Source of the DNA: Octopus bimaculoides
Lineage: Eukaryota
NCBI RefSeq assembly: GCF_001194135.2
Contig: NC_068984.1
Location: 99,395,333 to 99,459,332 of the forward strand
Length of the DNA: 64,000 bases
Reading direction: 5' to 3'
A model generated the notes under the pieces. It saw only the letters and a list, made by a program, of their open reading frames with translations, was not told the origin of the DNA and made no database searches. Both the position numbers and the translations under genes were made by a program. Position 1 is the first letter of the stretch, and every line of letters starts with the position of its first letter. Shown piece after piece: positions 13,107 through 26,059 of this stretch.

Positions 13107-13342
13107 TATTTCTTTACTACCCACAAGAGGCTACACACAGAGGGGACAAACAAGGACAGACAAACGGATTAAGTTGATTATATCGACCCCAGTGTGTAAC
13201 TGGTACTTATTTAATCGACCCTGAAAGGAGGATGAAAGGCAAAGTCGACCTCGGCGGAATTTGAACTCAGAACGTAGCGGCAGATGAAATACCGCTAAGC
13301 ATTTTGCCCGGCGTGCTAACGTTTCTGCCAGCTCGCTACCTT
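13107..13342 (-). mobile_element. tRNA-derived SINE, family A, young near-intact copy
   Basis: Minus strand AAGGTAGCGAGCTGGCAGAAACGTTAGCACGCCGGGC...GAGTTCAAATTCCGCCGAGGTCGAC. Retains many CpGs that are TpG/CpA in other copies. Confidence 0.9.
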
Positions 13343-13382
13343 ATATATATGTGTGTGTGTATGTGTGTGCGTGTGTATGCAC

Positions 13383-13464
<82 letters not shown>

Positions 13465-13744
13465 TGCCAGTGACACATAAAAGGCACCTGTGTTGGTGAC
13501 ATGTAATAGACATCCAGTAAACTCTGTAAAGTGGTTGGCATTAGGAAGGGCATCCAACTGTAGATACCAAGTCAAAGCAGATGACTGGAGCCTGGTGCAG
13601 CTCTTCAGCTTACCAGCTCCACTCAGAATGTCTAACCCATGCCAACATGGATAACAGATATTAAAGGATGATAATGATGATGATATATAGTTCATGCTAT
13701 GCAAAAACATACAGGCACTGAATATGATTTTATACTGGAAGTGT

Positions 13745-14395
13745 GTAAACTCTAATATATTTTCATTTCTGCAAGATATGGAAGCACTCTGTCAAGCAGA
13801 TGTTACAACACTCAGACTGTTTCTTGAATGCCTGTCCTTTATCTAACACTACCTATGAAATAGTATTGGTTACACCTTTGACTCTTGATTTTCAATCATT
13901 CTTTGATAGTGCTGTAGTGTTGATGATGGAATGAGCCATGCAGGAGACATTTGAAGCTGTTCTCTGTAAGTCCAATGTAGCTTGTATTACTGATGGAAAG
14001 ATCAAAAGTTTCCTTTAAGTTTTTACCCTCATTAGGAGCAAAGTTCTACACTTCAATATTTGCATGTCAACTTCCTTAGTCTTTTGTTTGCTGGATTTTT
14101 GCATTGGGGTCCTTGATGTCTCAGTATGCCACTTTTTGGTGAACAATTTGATGGAATCCTTTGCTGTTCAAGAAAGTGTTTTAGCGTTAATTTTTGCAAC
14201 ACTGGTTTTTATACATGTATTGTAAGGTGGATTATACCATATTTTCCTTTTCTTAATGCTTTTAAGGTATGTTTAGATGGTGTTGGCAATACTTCATTCT
14301 TCTTGGTATTGACAATATCATAATGCATCTCTATAGTATTTTGAATCTTTGTTTAATTGGTTTAATCTGAGATGATATATTGGTAGAGGTTCTTG
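13745..14395 (-). pseudogene. Penelope-like element relic: RT-EN linker and GIY-YIG endonuclease
   Basis: Minus-strand frames give YYRDAL, NNPPYNTCIKTSVAK (cf. WFNPPYS.NVKTNV), SYIGLTENSFK and CNICLTECFHIL, which are typical of Penelope-like ORF C-termini. Multiple frameshifts and stops. Confidence 0.7.
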
Positions 14396-14399
14396 CTTA

Positions 14400-14760
14400 G
14401 CTCCAATCTAAATTCCTTATATTCCCTTATCAATGTAAAGACAGAATCTCCACACAAGAAAGAATCAACAAGGAGAATCTTTTCATAGAAAAATTCCAAC
14501 CATTTCTTAACACACAAACCCCTCAGTGACCTTATTTCTCTAGGAACAGACATAAACTTCCTGTTGACAAAGAGTTCATAACTCCAACTAAAGAGATTTG
14601 TCTCCCCTTACACACACTTCCTGTTTTGACACCACACTTCCTGCTTAACACATAAACCTTTAGTTCCTTTTTTAAACCTAACACAACTCTCAATTTTCAT
14701 GCATCCTTATTTTTCCAACTATTATCTACATGGATTACCATTGAACTTTAAAAGCTCAAA
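14400..14760 (+). mobile_element. Second Penelope-like 3' end (GIY-YIG C-terminus + 3' flank)
   Basis: Plus frame KFLIFPYQCKDRISTQERINKENLFIEKFQPFLN resembles the R..KE..FI.KF.P.LN ending of PLE GIY-YIG domains. Confidence 0.5.
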
Positions 14761-15023
14761 GACAGTATAATGTATTGGTATATTTATTTTTTTATATATT
14801 ATTTTTATATATATATTTTTTTTTTATATATTATTTTTTTCATTTTTTACTTTTTGTAAAAAACATTTTCATTCTCCCTCTTCTTGAAAATTTGCCATAC
14901 AATGAAAGCCAGTTAGAAATCTATATTAAAATATGCTTTCAGTTTTGCATTCTGCCTTATTATTATTTTTCATTTTCCTATTATTTCTCCACGTGCGGTT
15001 AACACAACCCCACTATTTACTGA

Positions 15024-15064
<41 letters not shown>

Positions 15065-16222
15065 CTTCATTGTCCAGCATTTTCTTCTATGTTTTAAGAC
15101 GGTAGGATGTGAGTTGAGGAAGATTTGGCTACTGATCCTACTAATTCTCTTGGAGAGTAGTCTGCATACTCTCTCTCTCTCTCTCTCTCATATAAACATA
15201 CATACATACATATAGTTTGTTTAGTGCCAACACATGAAACTCTTGGCCCTTGTGTCACTCTATTACTTCTGCTAAGTATTAATAAATATAGATGGCTTAG
15301 TCTGTTGAAACTTTGAAGTCACTGTCAACAACATTCTTCTATAAGAATAATAAATTTGTATTCTACAAAAGTATTGAGTAACCTATTAGATTATGAAAAA
15401 CAAAACATCGATGATTGAAAGGGGCAAATAGAATTTTTTGAGGCAGATTATCTGTGACCACATGCTGTTCTTGTTGCCAACTTTCAGCTGTTTCCAAGCA
15501 AGGTGATATTTCTCATGGCCAGACAAATTTTTCCTAGAAGAGTGAAAATGAACAACTTTGCTTGTATGATCGTGATGTCTGTTTACGACTATCACATTGA
15601 TATCAAAACTAGAGTACACACAAATCCTTTCACAAGGCTTTTAGCCAGCCTGGGGTTAAAGGTGAAGACACTTTCCCAAGGTACCATACAATGAGTCCAC
15701 ATGGTGGGAAGCAAGCTTCTTAACCAGACATATTTGCACATATACATGCATACATATGTGTGTGTGCATGCACATGTGCATGTGTGTGTGAAGGTGCATA
15801 TCCAGGTGATTAGGTGCTGCACTCATGATTGCAAGACCACAGACAAGTAGTGCATTCTGTTCTTGAACTAAACAATTTATTTCACATTGCTCCAGTCCAC
15901 TCAGCTGTAAATGTGTCACCCTGTTACTGACTGGCATTCCATGTTCTGTTCAGTGGGAATGTTGATCTGGCCATTGTTACTAGTGTTGTGTAACAATGTC
16001 TGATAGTCTGGTCAATACAGTGAGATACACACACACACACACACACACACAGAATGATACAAACAGACAAACACAGTGATGAGGAGTAGGTTCATATGTC
16101 TAAGATGTATATAAAGTAGTACTAAATAATTTCATATTACAATTATATGAAAGTAACAACAATTACTGCCAGTTTCTCACATCACAGATTATTGGTGCAG
16201 AGACTCAAGGATATGTCTATTT

Positions 16223-16271
16223 GGGATATACTTTGTAATTTGGATATACTTTGTAATTTGGATATACTTTG
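16223..16271. repeat. 18-bp tandem repeat, ~3 copies
   Basis: GGATATACTTTGTAATTT starts at 16224, 16242 and 16260. Confidence 0.85.
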
Positions 16272-17063
16272 TTAAGAAAGTCATAGGTAATTCCACTAGA
16301 CATGCTAGACTCAAATCTAAAATATTTTATCTGATAGTTAGCACTTGAAAATTTGGTGCTAGGGTGTTAAGACATAAGTTATGCTCCATGGTATGAAATC
16401 TTTGCTGTTAGCCTGGAAGAGAAGAAAGAAAAGAAGATAACAATAGAAAAATAAAGCCAGAATAAAAAAAACATTCAAAATGCAGCTCTCTGAACCTGAG
16501 GTCAGATAATGAGAAACAAAATAGAAAAGATATAGAAAAACAGATGGCCACAATGGTCTAGTCCAGTAAATGAGAATGTTCTCATGTAAACAGGGAGTGA
16601 CTCCACACATCTGGCCTCAATGGTCTAGGTCAGTAAGCAAGGAGTGAATGTTTTGGATTTCACATTCAAGTATAACCATATGAGTGAACTTTTTTTAGTA
16701 TCAGCTTTGTTTTCCACTGTACATCTGCTGCTACCATTTTATAAAGACTTTACAATTAATCTCCAGCTGATGTTGTACTTTATGGCTTTCTTTTTTGAAA
16801 GTCATACAGGTGGTACTCTAGCATAGCCGCAGTCAAATGACTGAAACAAGTAAAAGAGTACGAGTATATGTCTATCTGAATAACTTCTTGTAGTTCCTGA
16901 ATAAGATATGGTTATCCAGTCATTTTAAAACTTTCCATCATTCCAGGGTAGTGTTTTAGACAGGATGCATTATTTGATTGCTTGAACTTGATTTCTGCCT
17001 TATAAACAATTTCCCTATATTGCAGTGACCATTGAGCATATATGTAATATTACCTCTGCAGGT

Positions 17064-17283
17064 AACATTGGTTTCCAATTTTAGTGTAAAGCCAGCAATT
17101 TTGAGGAGGGGATAAGTTGATTACATTGACCACTATATTCAACTGGTGCTTATTTTATTGACCCTGAAAGGATGAATGACAAAGTCAACCTCAGCAGAAT
17201 TTGAACTCAGAAAGTAAAGAGGGACAAAATGCTGCCAAGCATTTCGCCTGGCATGCTAACAATTGTACCAACTTGCTACCTTC
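17064..17283 (-). mobile_element. SINE family A
   Basis: Colinear with 13107-13342. Confidence 0.8.
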
Positions 17284-17626
17284 TCTCTGCATGTAATATT
17301 GTGTGCATGAGCAGCTGGCTTCAGTATTGTGGATAAGTTTGTGTAAAACAATCTGCTGCATTAGTAGATATTATTGTTGTTATCTTCCTTGTGTGTTGGT
17401 TTACATTTTAAACACTCTTAGAAGGGACATTTGTCTTTTTATTGCAAGAATAATTTTAGTTAATTGCAGTTTCTCAAATCCCTATAATACATAGGTGTAA
17501 CACTGCAGTGTATATATAAATGTACACGTATACATGAGTGTGTGTAATGTGTATATAGCACTGAATAAACAGAAACATGAATAAACATCAACATTACCAA
17601 AATATGTGTGCATTATTGTTGTTATT

Positions 17627-17830
17627 TAACCCCAGGTCAACGCTAATTGAGCAGATCTATGATGGAAAGTATACAGGCATGACTATCATGCTTCTTAAGA
17701 CTATGCAGCATTATGTTACCTTATAACTACATTACATTCCTTAGTGAAGATGGTTGTGTTTGATTTGAGAAGCATTTGACTGCTATTTCTAGAAGAGTGA
17801 GGAACCATGTTGAGATCTCCTTCTTAAGCT
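17627..17830. repeat. Unclassified interspersed repeat (family E)
   Basis: TTAACCCCAGGTCAAC...GAGCAGATCTATGAT...ATTTGACTGCTATTTCTAG is shared with about 5365-5545, 15070-15160, 49030-49190, 59285-59470 and 60320-60480. Confidence 0.55.
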
Positions 17831-18460
17831 CTAGTTTACATTTTATGATGTAATGGTGGTGGTGATATTTGTGATTGTGGTGGTACTGTTGATAGTAGTA
17901 GTGATGGAAGTATTTGTAACGATGTTGGTAGTGCTGATAATAGTGGTGGTGGTGGTGGTAGTGGTGTTTAAAAAAATGTTCCTATCAGCATTGAAAACGG
18001 ATGGCAGATTGTAACTTGCCTTTTGTAGGCCCCCTGGGTAGAAATCAGAATAAAAGAAATCACATCTTCAGATCTTCCATGGCTTATGGCACTTCAGTTT
18101 AGTGTACATTTTATTACTATGGTTGGTGGTGGTTGTGTTGGCAGTGAAGTGTTGTTGTTTTATTATACTTCTTCAATTATTTCAAGTTTATATATATATA
18201 TATATATATATATNNNNNNNNNNNNNNNNNNNNNNNNNNNNNNNNNNNNNNNNNNNNNNNNNNNNNNNNNNNNNNNNNNNNNNNNNNNNNNNNNNNNNNN
18301 NNNNNNNNNNNNNNNNNNNNNNNNNNNNNNNNNNNNNNNNNNNNNNNNNNNNNNNNNNNNNNNNNNNNNNNNNNNNNNNNNNNNTATATATATGAAATAT
18401 ACACACGACATGCATACATATAAGTATACATATGGGTTTGCATGTATGTGCATACATATG

Positions 18461-18501
<41 letters not shown>

Positions 18502-18579
18502 CACAACATATACACACATATATACACACATTCTCTTTTATATGTTTCAGCCCAAAGGCTGTGGCCATACTGGAGCACT

Positions 18580-18636
<57 letters not shown>

Positions 18637-19282
18637 ATATTAATATTTATACAATGCTGCAATACAGATCCATTTCAATTGATTTTACCAATAAGTTTTG
18701 CACATAAGAATTAAGAGAAAACCCAACCCCAGTGCTCATCAGAAGAGCTGATATGAAAAGTATGGTAACACCTCTCTGCTACTGGAGGTCAGGATATGTT
18801 GCATCTGATTTGTGTGTGTTGTAACAAACTGGAACAACCTGTGGGGAAAAGTTTTGAGAGAAAATTCATCTAGAGTTATGCTCTTTGCTCAAAGGTCAGC
18901 ATGTTTTTGTGGTGTAAGGGATAATTGCCTGCAACATGGGTTTCAGGTTCAGCTATGAGTGATATGGGGCTGGTGTTTGTGCAGGAGCAGGGCAGAAATT
19001 GTAGTGTGTCCAATTTTAAAATCTTTGATAGATTTACCTTCAGGCCTTATGATTAGTTTTGGCTTTCGCTTCTGCAATTTCCTCTTTAAATCCACTAAAG
19101 AGTCTATTGAGAAGTAAGGCAACAGCAAATAGCAGTCCCTATAGATAGCCTGTCTTAAATTCCTCTCTGATGGCTCATAAGACTATAACAAATAAGATAG
19201 GGTTAGTGATGGAGCCTAGAGTGTTGTCTACTTTATATATATGCATATTTAAATCTGTGTGTGAATATGTGTGTATATACAT

Positions 19283-19690
19283 ATATATGTAACATATGGT
19301 ATAATTATAAACAGAGCAAATTTTAGCCATTTCTCTGCAGACTGCAAAAAAAATGATAAACCACCTTAATAAGCTTTCAAACCTTATTGGGTTCTCATCA
19401 GAGGGGGTCTGCATCATTCTGACAGTCTCCAGAGAAACAAGTAGCTAAACTGTTTATATACTCAACAAATGCACCAGTAACTCTATGAAGGGTTCCTAAT
19501 TTGCATACTGAAAGTGTTTAATACTCTATAAATACCAGTGGCCTGTCAACGGGGATCTTAGTCTGCACAGTATTAAGGTATGATATAACATATATGTAAC
19601 ACATGGTATAAGTATAAACAGGGCAAATTTTAGCCATTTCTCTACAGACTGAAAAAATTATGAACAACCTTAATTGATTTTCAAACCTTA
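19283..19690 (-). repeat. ~105-bp direct repeat pair (19283-19388 / 19587-19690), period ~304 bp, hammerhead-associated
   Basis: ATATGTAACA(T/C)ATGGTATAA...GCAAATTTTAGCCATTTCTCT...ACCTTAAT...TTTCAAACCTTA occurs twice. Confidence 0.85.
19358..19410 (-). ncRNA. Candidate type I hammerhead ribozyme
   Basis: Minus strand: stem I AGACCCCCU / core CUGAUGA / stem II GAACC-CAAUAA-GGUUU / GAAA / short stem III (A-U, G.U, loop CUUA) / UUA cleavage triplet / stem I' AGGUGGUUU. Stem I has 8 of 9 pairs including one GU. Confidence 0.6.
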
Positions 19691-19734
19691 CCCTTCATGT
19701 TATGTGCGCATGTGTGTACTTATGTACCTTTTAT

Positions 19735-20010
19735 CTTTTACTTGTGTCAGTCATTTGACTGTGGCCACATTGGGCACCGCCTTGAAGGATTTTAGTCAAA
19801 CAAATCGACGACATGACTTATTTTTTTAAAACCTAGTACCTATTTTATCTGTCTTTTTTTTTTTTTTTTACCAAACTGCTAAATTACAGGTATGTAAATA
19901 TACCAACACCAGTTGTCAAGCAGTGGTGGGGGACAAACACAGGTACAAACACAGACACACACATGATGAATTTCTTTTAGTTTCCGTATATCAAATCCAC
20001 TCACAAATCT
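19735..20010 (-). mobile_element. SINE family B (5'-truncated)
   Basis: Colinear with 57339-57650. Confidence 0.75.
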
Positions 20011-20049
20011 TTATATGACACTGACAAATATATATATTTATATATATAT

Positions 20050-21258
20050 TTAGTATATATAAATCCCAGTATGTGTGTGTATAATGACTAATACATACAC
20101 TTCCACAATTTTCAACCGATTTTCACCAAACGTTTTACACATCCCAAGGATGGTCATGCACTATAACATCTTGCCCAGAGCTCCTGCATTAAAGGACATA
20201 AATTGACATAGTTTTTTTGTAAGTAGGGTTTTCCATACATTTCTAATCTCTTTATAAAAGTCAAAGGATTTTGTTTATTTCCACTGTCCACCTACGGCAG
20301 TGATTCAATCTACTAGAAACACTGTACGCAATGAATATCTAATACCAAACTATCTTAATCTGCATATTTAAACTGTATTAAACTTTGGCAAGCTTACCTT
20401 TACCTTTTCTGAGTTACTTGAAAGGTGATGTTCCCTTCCCTCTCTTCTATTTGTTGATACCTTTGTTGACGTTTGACATCATTGTTTCATTTTAAGGATG
20501 CTTATTTACCCATCCATTATGATATTTTGACTGTTGTCCATTGTTTCAAATACATTTTAGCATTGTCATTCTAGCCCTTTTTAAATTTGCTTCCACTAGC
20601 GAAAGCTATACGTATCTTTCAGAAAGCTCCATACCAGTTTAACTTTATGCAGCATTCACTGTTAGTTTATGCGTAGGCTATGATGAGAGACAGAATAAAG
20701 GGGCTTTTGTTAGCTTATCTCTCAACAAAAATAGCTCCCTTTGCTGTTGAAAAAAATAAACTTGCAGAGGAGAAGTTTCAATGTCTTCCTTCAATTTCCT
20801 TACACCATGTATGTAGCTATTTCTGACAAGAAATTTTGCTTTGATGTAAAACAACTATATTTTGTAGTATTTATCAGTTATCCACTCCCAAAACACTTCA
20901 GTAGCTCTGCTTTGCATCACTTGCAAGCTTATATGTTCTATGATCATTAAACTGCAATGACCTCCACAAAAACCAGCCTTCAGTTTGATTTTCCGTTCCT
21001 AGGTTAATCGGAAACAGATTGCCATGCTACTCATAAACCTTCTCAGTAGTTCAATTATTTAGTGAAAAAATACCATGAAAGGACAGGTGTGTTTGCAAGT
21101 TTCGTGTGTCACATAGCTAGCTAGAGGCGATGGCTTCTTGGAGCTAATTCACGGCAGCTTTCGTCCTAATTTTGGGACTGTCATGTTGGCTTGGCGATAA
21201 CTATTAATTTCCAGTACCGCTGCCGTAGTCTCCTTTAGAGAGACTTAGAAATATTAAT

Positions 21259-21262
<4 letters not shown>
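20050..21262. mobile_element. Unclassified ~1.2-kb insertion, possibly a non-autonomous Helitron-like element
   Basis: Starts after a TA-rich tract with TATATAAATCCCAG-(TG)n...AACCGATTTTCACCAAAC, a layout seen in non-autonomous Helitrons. Ends in hairpin AGTCTC-CTTTAGA-GAGACT followed by TAG. CpG-richer than its flanks. No recognisable protein. Confidence 0.3.
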
Positions 21263-21352
<90 letters not shown>

Positions 21353-21614
21353 GGACCTCCTTCTGTTATGAATGACCATGTGATTGCACCCAGAAGGTTC
21401 CTCTCTGAGGCACAAGTTTGGGCAAGATTGTTTGTGGAAGACCAGAAGTCACCATGAATACTACTCTCCCCTGTCCACTCCACCGATGTTGTCCAAGGGA
21501 AATGCAAAGGCTGATACAGCTTAGCACCGGCCATGTGCCTTCGCATGTGTGTGTGTGTGTGTGTGAATTTAGTATAATTTTGATATTCATCACAATTGCT
21601 TCTCTATGACTCCC

Positions 21615-21812
21615 TTTCTAACCACATTACATGTAAAGAATTCTGTGTGAAAGATTATGCAATATGCTTGATTCATTATGCTGAAGTGACATGTTATCAG
21701 ATTAATATTAAATCATATCTCTTAATGCTAGAAATGCTACTACAGCATATTAAATCATGCATATTGTGATAATCTTTCACATAGAATCTTTTACATGCAA
21801 TGTGGTTTGAAA
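21615..21812. mobile_element. Fold-back MITE (~200 bp) with ~80-bp imperfect TIRs
   Basis: TTTCTAACCACATTACATGTAAAGAATTCTGTGTGAAAGATTATGCAATATGC is the near reverse complement of GCATATTGTGATAATCTTTCACATAGAATCTTTTACATGCAATGTGGTTTGAAA. Confidence 0.7.
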
Positions 21813-22116
21813 CAGAATGCTACAGAAACAATTGTAACTCATATTAAAGTTATGCTAAATTTATTCTTGTTTTTAAAATTTATTTTACATGTTACTGTTT
21901 GAAATGCTTAAGTTCCAGTATAAGGATGTAGATACCCAGGAATTAATGCTGAATGATGTGTTAAGAATACACAGAGTTTCTACCCAATCCTGGCTTGTGC
22001 TTTATTACGGTGTATACATGTGTGCATATATAAACATGCACATAAATACACATACACAAATACTGATATGTATGTGTGTGTGAATATATATTTGTATGTA
22101 TGTGCATATGTGTGTT

Positions 22117-22149
<33 letters not shown>

Positions 22150-23106
22150 TTGTATGGATGTATGTATATATGTGTATATATTTATGTGTGTGTTGTGTAT
22201 ATATGTATATATTCATACATGCTTTATTATACTAATTTGATTTCTGTTCTAAATCAGTAAGGCTGATTGTATTTTGAAAAATGAAGTCCTCTTATAGTTA
22301 ATTGAAAATAAACTGATTAGTTTGAATATCAATTTGATTAGCCCCCAAACTGATACTCAAATCAAGAATCTATAAGCAATTTGAGATTAAGTATTGATCT
22401 AAAATCTCAAAATAAATTAGAGAGAGAAATTATATGAGCTCAACTCATTCTCTAATATCTTTATCTCACCTTATGTTTCTTAATGTATTATTTAACCATT
22501 TGAGAAATCCAATATAGTGGAGAGTGGATTGTAAATAATGTTCATATATTAGAGCTTTAAAGAAAGTTATATATTTTATATTATGCTATTTTTATATTAT
22601 ATTGTCATTGCTATTCTGTGCTGTATTACACATTGGTCTATCTTTGCATTGTAACAGTTTTTCTATCATAAAAGCTTGCTAGTCCCACACTCAATCATTT
22701 ACTATTTCTAGGGAAAGCAATGCAGTGAATGATCTCTCAAATCTGTAATATACAATATTGCTGATTGAGAGAGAGAGAGAGAATTGAAGATCATTATTTG
22801 ACATGTATATTTACTGACACTGGCAAAAGATACATTGGTAGGGGTTTAAAATCAGTGCACTGATCATCAGAACAAATTTATATATGTTTGGTATATGATA
22901 GACCTGTGAAAGGTTGTCTACACCTCCAGCCTACAAACTGTCTCAAATACAGAATCAGTGACCCTGATCCAAATATGGATGCACAAAAGGAATGAGTCTA
23001 CCTTCTGTCTGAAACCATGCCAGAACGTGTTCTTTGAGAATGTACCTATATCTGGAATTTAGCATACACCATTTGAAAGACAGAAAAAAGAAAAAAAAAT
23101 GCAAAT

Positions 23107-23270
23107 AAGTGCAAGCTTGGCTATGTGGTAAGAAGCTCGCTTCCCAACCACATGATTCTGAGTTTAGTCCCACTACATAGAACCTTGGGTGAGTGTCTTC
23201 TACTCTAGCCTCAGACTGACCAAAGCCTTGTGAGGAGATTTGATAGACGGAAACTGGAAGAAGCCTGTCG

Positions 23271-23301
<31 letters not shown>

Positions 23302-23503
23302 TTCTCCCCCACCACTTCTTAACAACCAATGTTGGTGTGTCTACATCCCCGTAACTTAGTGGTCTGGCAGCAGAGATCAATAATATAAGTACCAGGCTTA
23401 AAATAAGTACTAGGGTCGATTTATTCAACTAAAGAAAATTCTTCGAGGTCGTGCCCTAGCATGGCCACATTCTAATGACTGAAGCAAGTAAAAGGTAAAA
23501 GAT
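23107..23503 (+). mobile_element. SINE family B, near full length
   Basis: A-box-like TGGCTATGTGGTAAG, B-box-like GAGTTTAGTCCC, central (TA)(TG) tract, GTAAAAG tail. Confidence 0.85.
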
Positions 23504-24500
23504 TAACTGCAATCCAGAAATAAAATCAAAAATCAAACACATCACCTCCTGGTACTCACCATCAACATATTTTAATAAATATGCTGTGACATATAGGCTG
23601 TGGCAGATAGGCTGTGATAAAGCCTTCCCACATAACTCTATGAACATGTACAAAAAGTGTTTGCACAAAAGAGCACCTAAGGGACAGTTCTCTTTTAGTA
23701 ACCTTTCCAGAAAAAAAGAACACCAGTCTAAGCTAGTAAGCCATCTCCCTGGAACACTTTGAATACAAATCCATTTAAAAATTGAGGTACTCCAGAAGGC
23801 AATTACAAAACAAGATATACAGCATGATTATAAGGACTGTTTTGACACACTTGAACTCTAGTCCCTCTAATGCCACAGTGAGTTCTACATCATCTGCTGA
23901 GTGTGGAATATACACAGTCGGCATTTCAACTTCAAGTTCAAACATCCCACAAGGCATGGACTCTATGCCATATGCCTCTTACATAAACCAAACTCACAGA
24001 ACATACATCTATTTTTGCCTCAGTCAAATCTGTCTTATTTAACATTATCCCAAAACAAATGAAACAAGAACAAAGAACCCATAACATTGAAATGGTACTG
24101 CATCTCGACCAGTTCCTCCGAGGAATACCAGACAAAGAACACACATCTTGGATCCAGCAACTGGATCCATGCTTAATCCATCTTGGATCCAGCAACTCCC
24201 TTACTTAGTGAGCTATGATAACACTAAGCATAGCCTGATCAGGACTTTATGAACTTTATTAAGTGGAACTACTGTTAAGTTAGACAATGGCATTAGTGCC
24301 TCAGACAAAGATGCTCAGTGGCATTTCTTTGAGCTCTTTACAATGAGGCTGACTTTACCTTCCATCCTTTTGAGATGGATAAAATAAGGACCAGTTGAGC
24401 ACTGGGGTAGCATAGTTTACTTACTCACCCTGCTAAAATTGCAGGCCTTGTTAAAAAATTTGAAACCATTATTCAGTTAGACATAACTGAAACATATCTA

Positions 24501-24716
24501 TGAAGGGGTGCTGAAAAGTTCCTCACTTTAAAGGTATTTCAAAAGGTCTGGCTGGAGGCTCAACCTTCTGAGTACTTTTACAGGGCTCATAAAAACTGAA
24601 GGACCACTGCAATAAGTATGTGAATCTGAGAGGGGAATATGTTGAATAAAATCACAATTTACTGATCCTTCTATATTTTCTTTCACCCAAAGCCAGGAGC
24701 TTTCAACACCTCCTCA
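24501..24716. mobile_element. Mariner-derived MITE, second copy
   Basis: TIRs TGAAGGGGTGCTGAAAAG / CTTTCAACACCTCCTCA. Internal sequence is the reverse complement of 7539-7744. Confidence 0.8.
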
Positions 24717-25508
24717 TCTGTGTGTGTGTGTGCGTGTGTGTGTGTGTGTGTATACATACCTATATATGTATCTAACAATTCACCCAGAGTCTTCCCTATG
24801 TTGAACCTTAAAGTGGACAGGGAACTGCATGCCTGAGTATCCCTGGTTATGATTTTACATGTATATGTGTACTTATATTGTTGAGTATATTTGATCTGTC
24901 CATGTGAATGTTTATATTAATAAAATGATAAGTCTGTATATACATTAGTATGTGAGCATCCATAGATACTGTTGATACACAGAGATACTGTTCTTGACCC
25001 TACCTTGGTAAACTTATTATTAAAATACCTTGATTCAATTGGAACCTGCAAATAATTAATATATGTATGTATGTGTGTTTAATTATCTGTTGTTTTCTCC
25101 ACAGAAAGCTTGTCAGCTATTATTTCTAATATTAATTTAGAATGAGTTTTCTGTGAATTTATATAATGTACCTAAATATGATCATCTTCAAACCAATGAG
25201 AAAGCCTTTACGTGGTCATTCTACTTGCTAGAAATAGCTGCTACAGCTTGCTCAAATCACACATTACCATCTCATAAAAAGAACATAGTGGATATATTAA
25301 ATAATGTATTCCTGAGTTCCTGCATGTTAGTAAAAGTGAGGATGTTCAGAGATAGAATGTTTTTGGTCACATATCTGCTCAATTAGTTCTGTCCTAGGGT
25401 TATATAACTACATATATTGATCTTGTTCATTTCATCCTAATCAATACAGCTATATATATATTACATCATAACTGTATCTATTGTTCTGGAAATTATCTAA
25501 CCTTTTAG

Positions 25509-25545
25509 ACAGGAACCAATGAGCTTTACCAAAAAACTTTCTTCG
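25509..25545 (+). other. Candidate micro-exon of an unidentified host gene
   Basis: CCTTTTAG (or TTAGACAG) acceptor and a perfect G|GTAAGT donor at 25546, in non-repetitive sequence. 33 or 37 nt. No homology recognised. Confidence 0.2.
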
Positions 25546-25714
25546 GTAAGTTCTTTGTTACATGAAGTCTTTGAGGCAGAGGAAGTTATAGTGTTGTTGT
25601 TGTTATTGGTGGCGGTGGTGGGGATGAAGTGACTTGAATGCAATAAACAAAAACTACAATATATAAAAACAAAGCTTCATATGTGAGGGTCAGGGAATAT
25701 ATCTACTGCCATGG

Positions 25715-25804
25715 TGCAGTGTTGTGTGTGTGAATATGAGTGCATGTGTGAACACATGTACATGTATGCCTATATGTATGCATATATATGTACATATGTG
25801 TGTA

Positions 25805-25850
<46 letters not shown>

Positions 25851-25871
25851 TATATATACATACATATAAAA

Positions 25872-25917
<46 letters not shown>

Positions 25918-25924
25918 GTATATA

Positions 25925-25955
<31 letters not shown>

Positions 25956-25975
25956 GCATACATACATACATACAC

Positions 25976-26027
<52 letters not shown>
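25715..26027. repeat. Compound (TA)n/(CA)n/(TG)n microsatellite
   Basis: Direct reading. Confidence 0.9.
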
Positions 26028-26028
<1 letters not shown>

Positions 26029-26059
26029 GGATGAATAAAACAGGATAACTAGTTTACCT

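Noticed and set aside
13240-13342. tRNA genes at SINE heads (also 23107, 57700, 58030)
   Set aside because: A/B-box-like motifs are present but there is no complete cloverleaf, and each continues into a multi-copy SINE body.
18715-18760. CTGATGA on the minus strand (18737-18743) as a further hammerhead
   Set aside because: No downstream GAAA or stems II/III. At most a truncated remnant.
20560-20960. Penelope RT N-terminal traces on the minus strand (DHRTYKL, SFLKDTYSF)
   Set aside because: Only two short motif matches in different frames. Insufficient without a profile search.
23775-24200. Overlapping ORFs on both strands
   Set aside because: No recognisable domain or convincing splice sites. 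Probably decayed repeat sequence.
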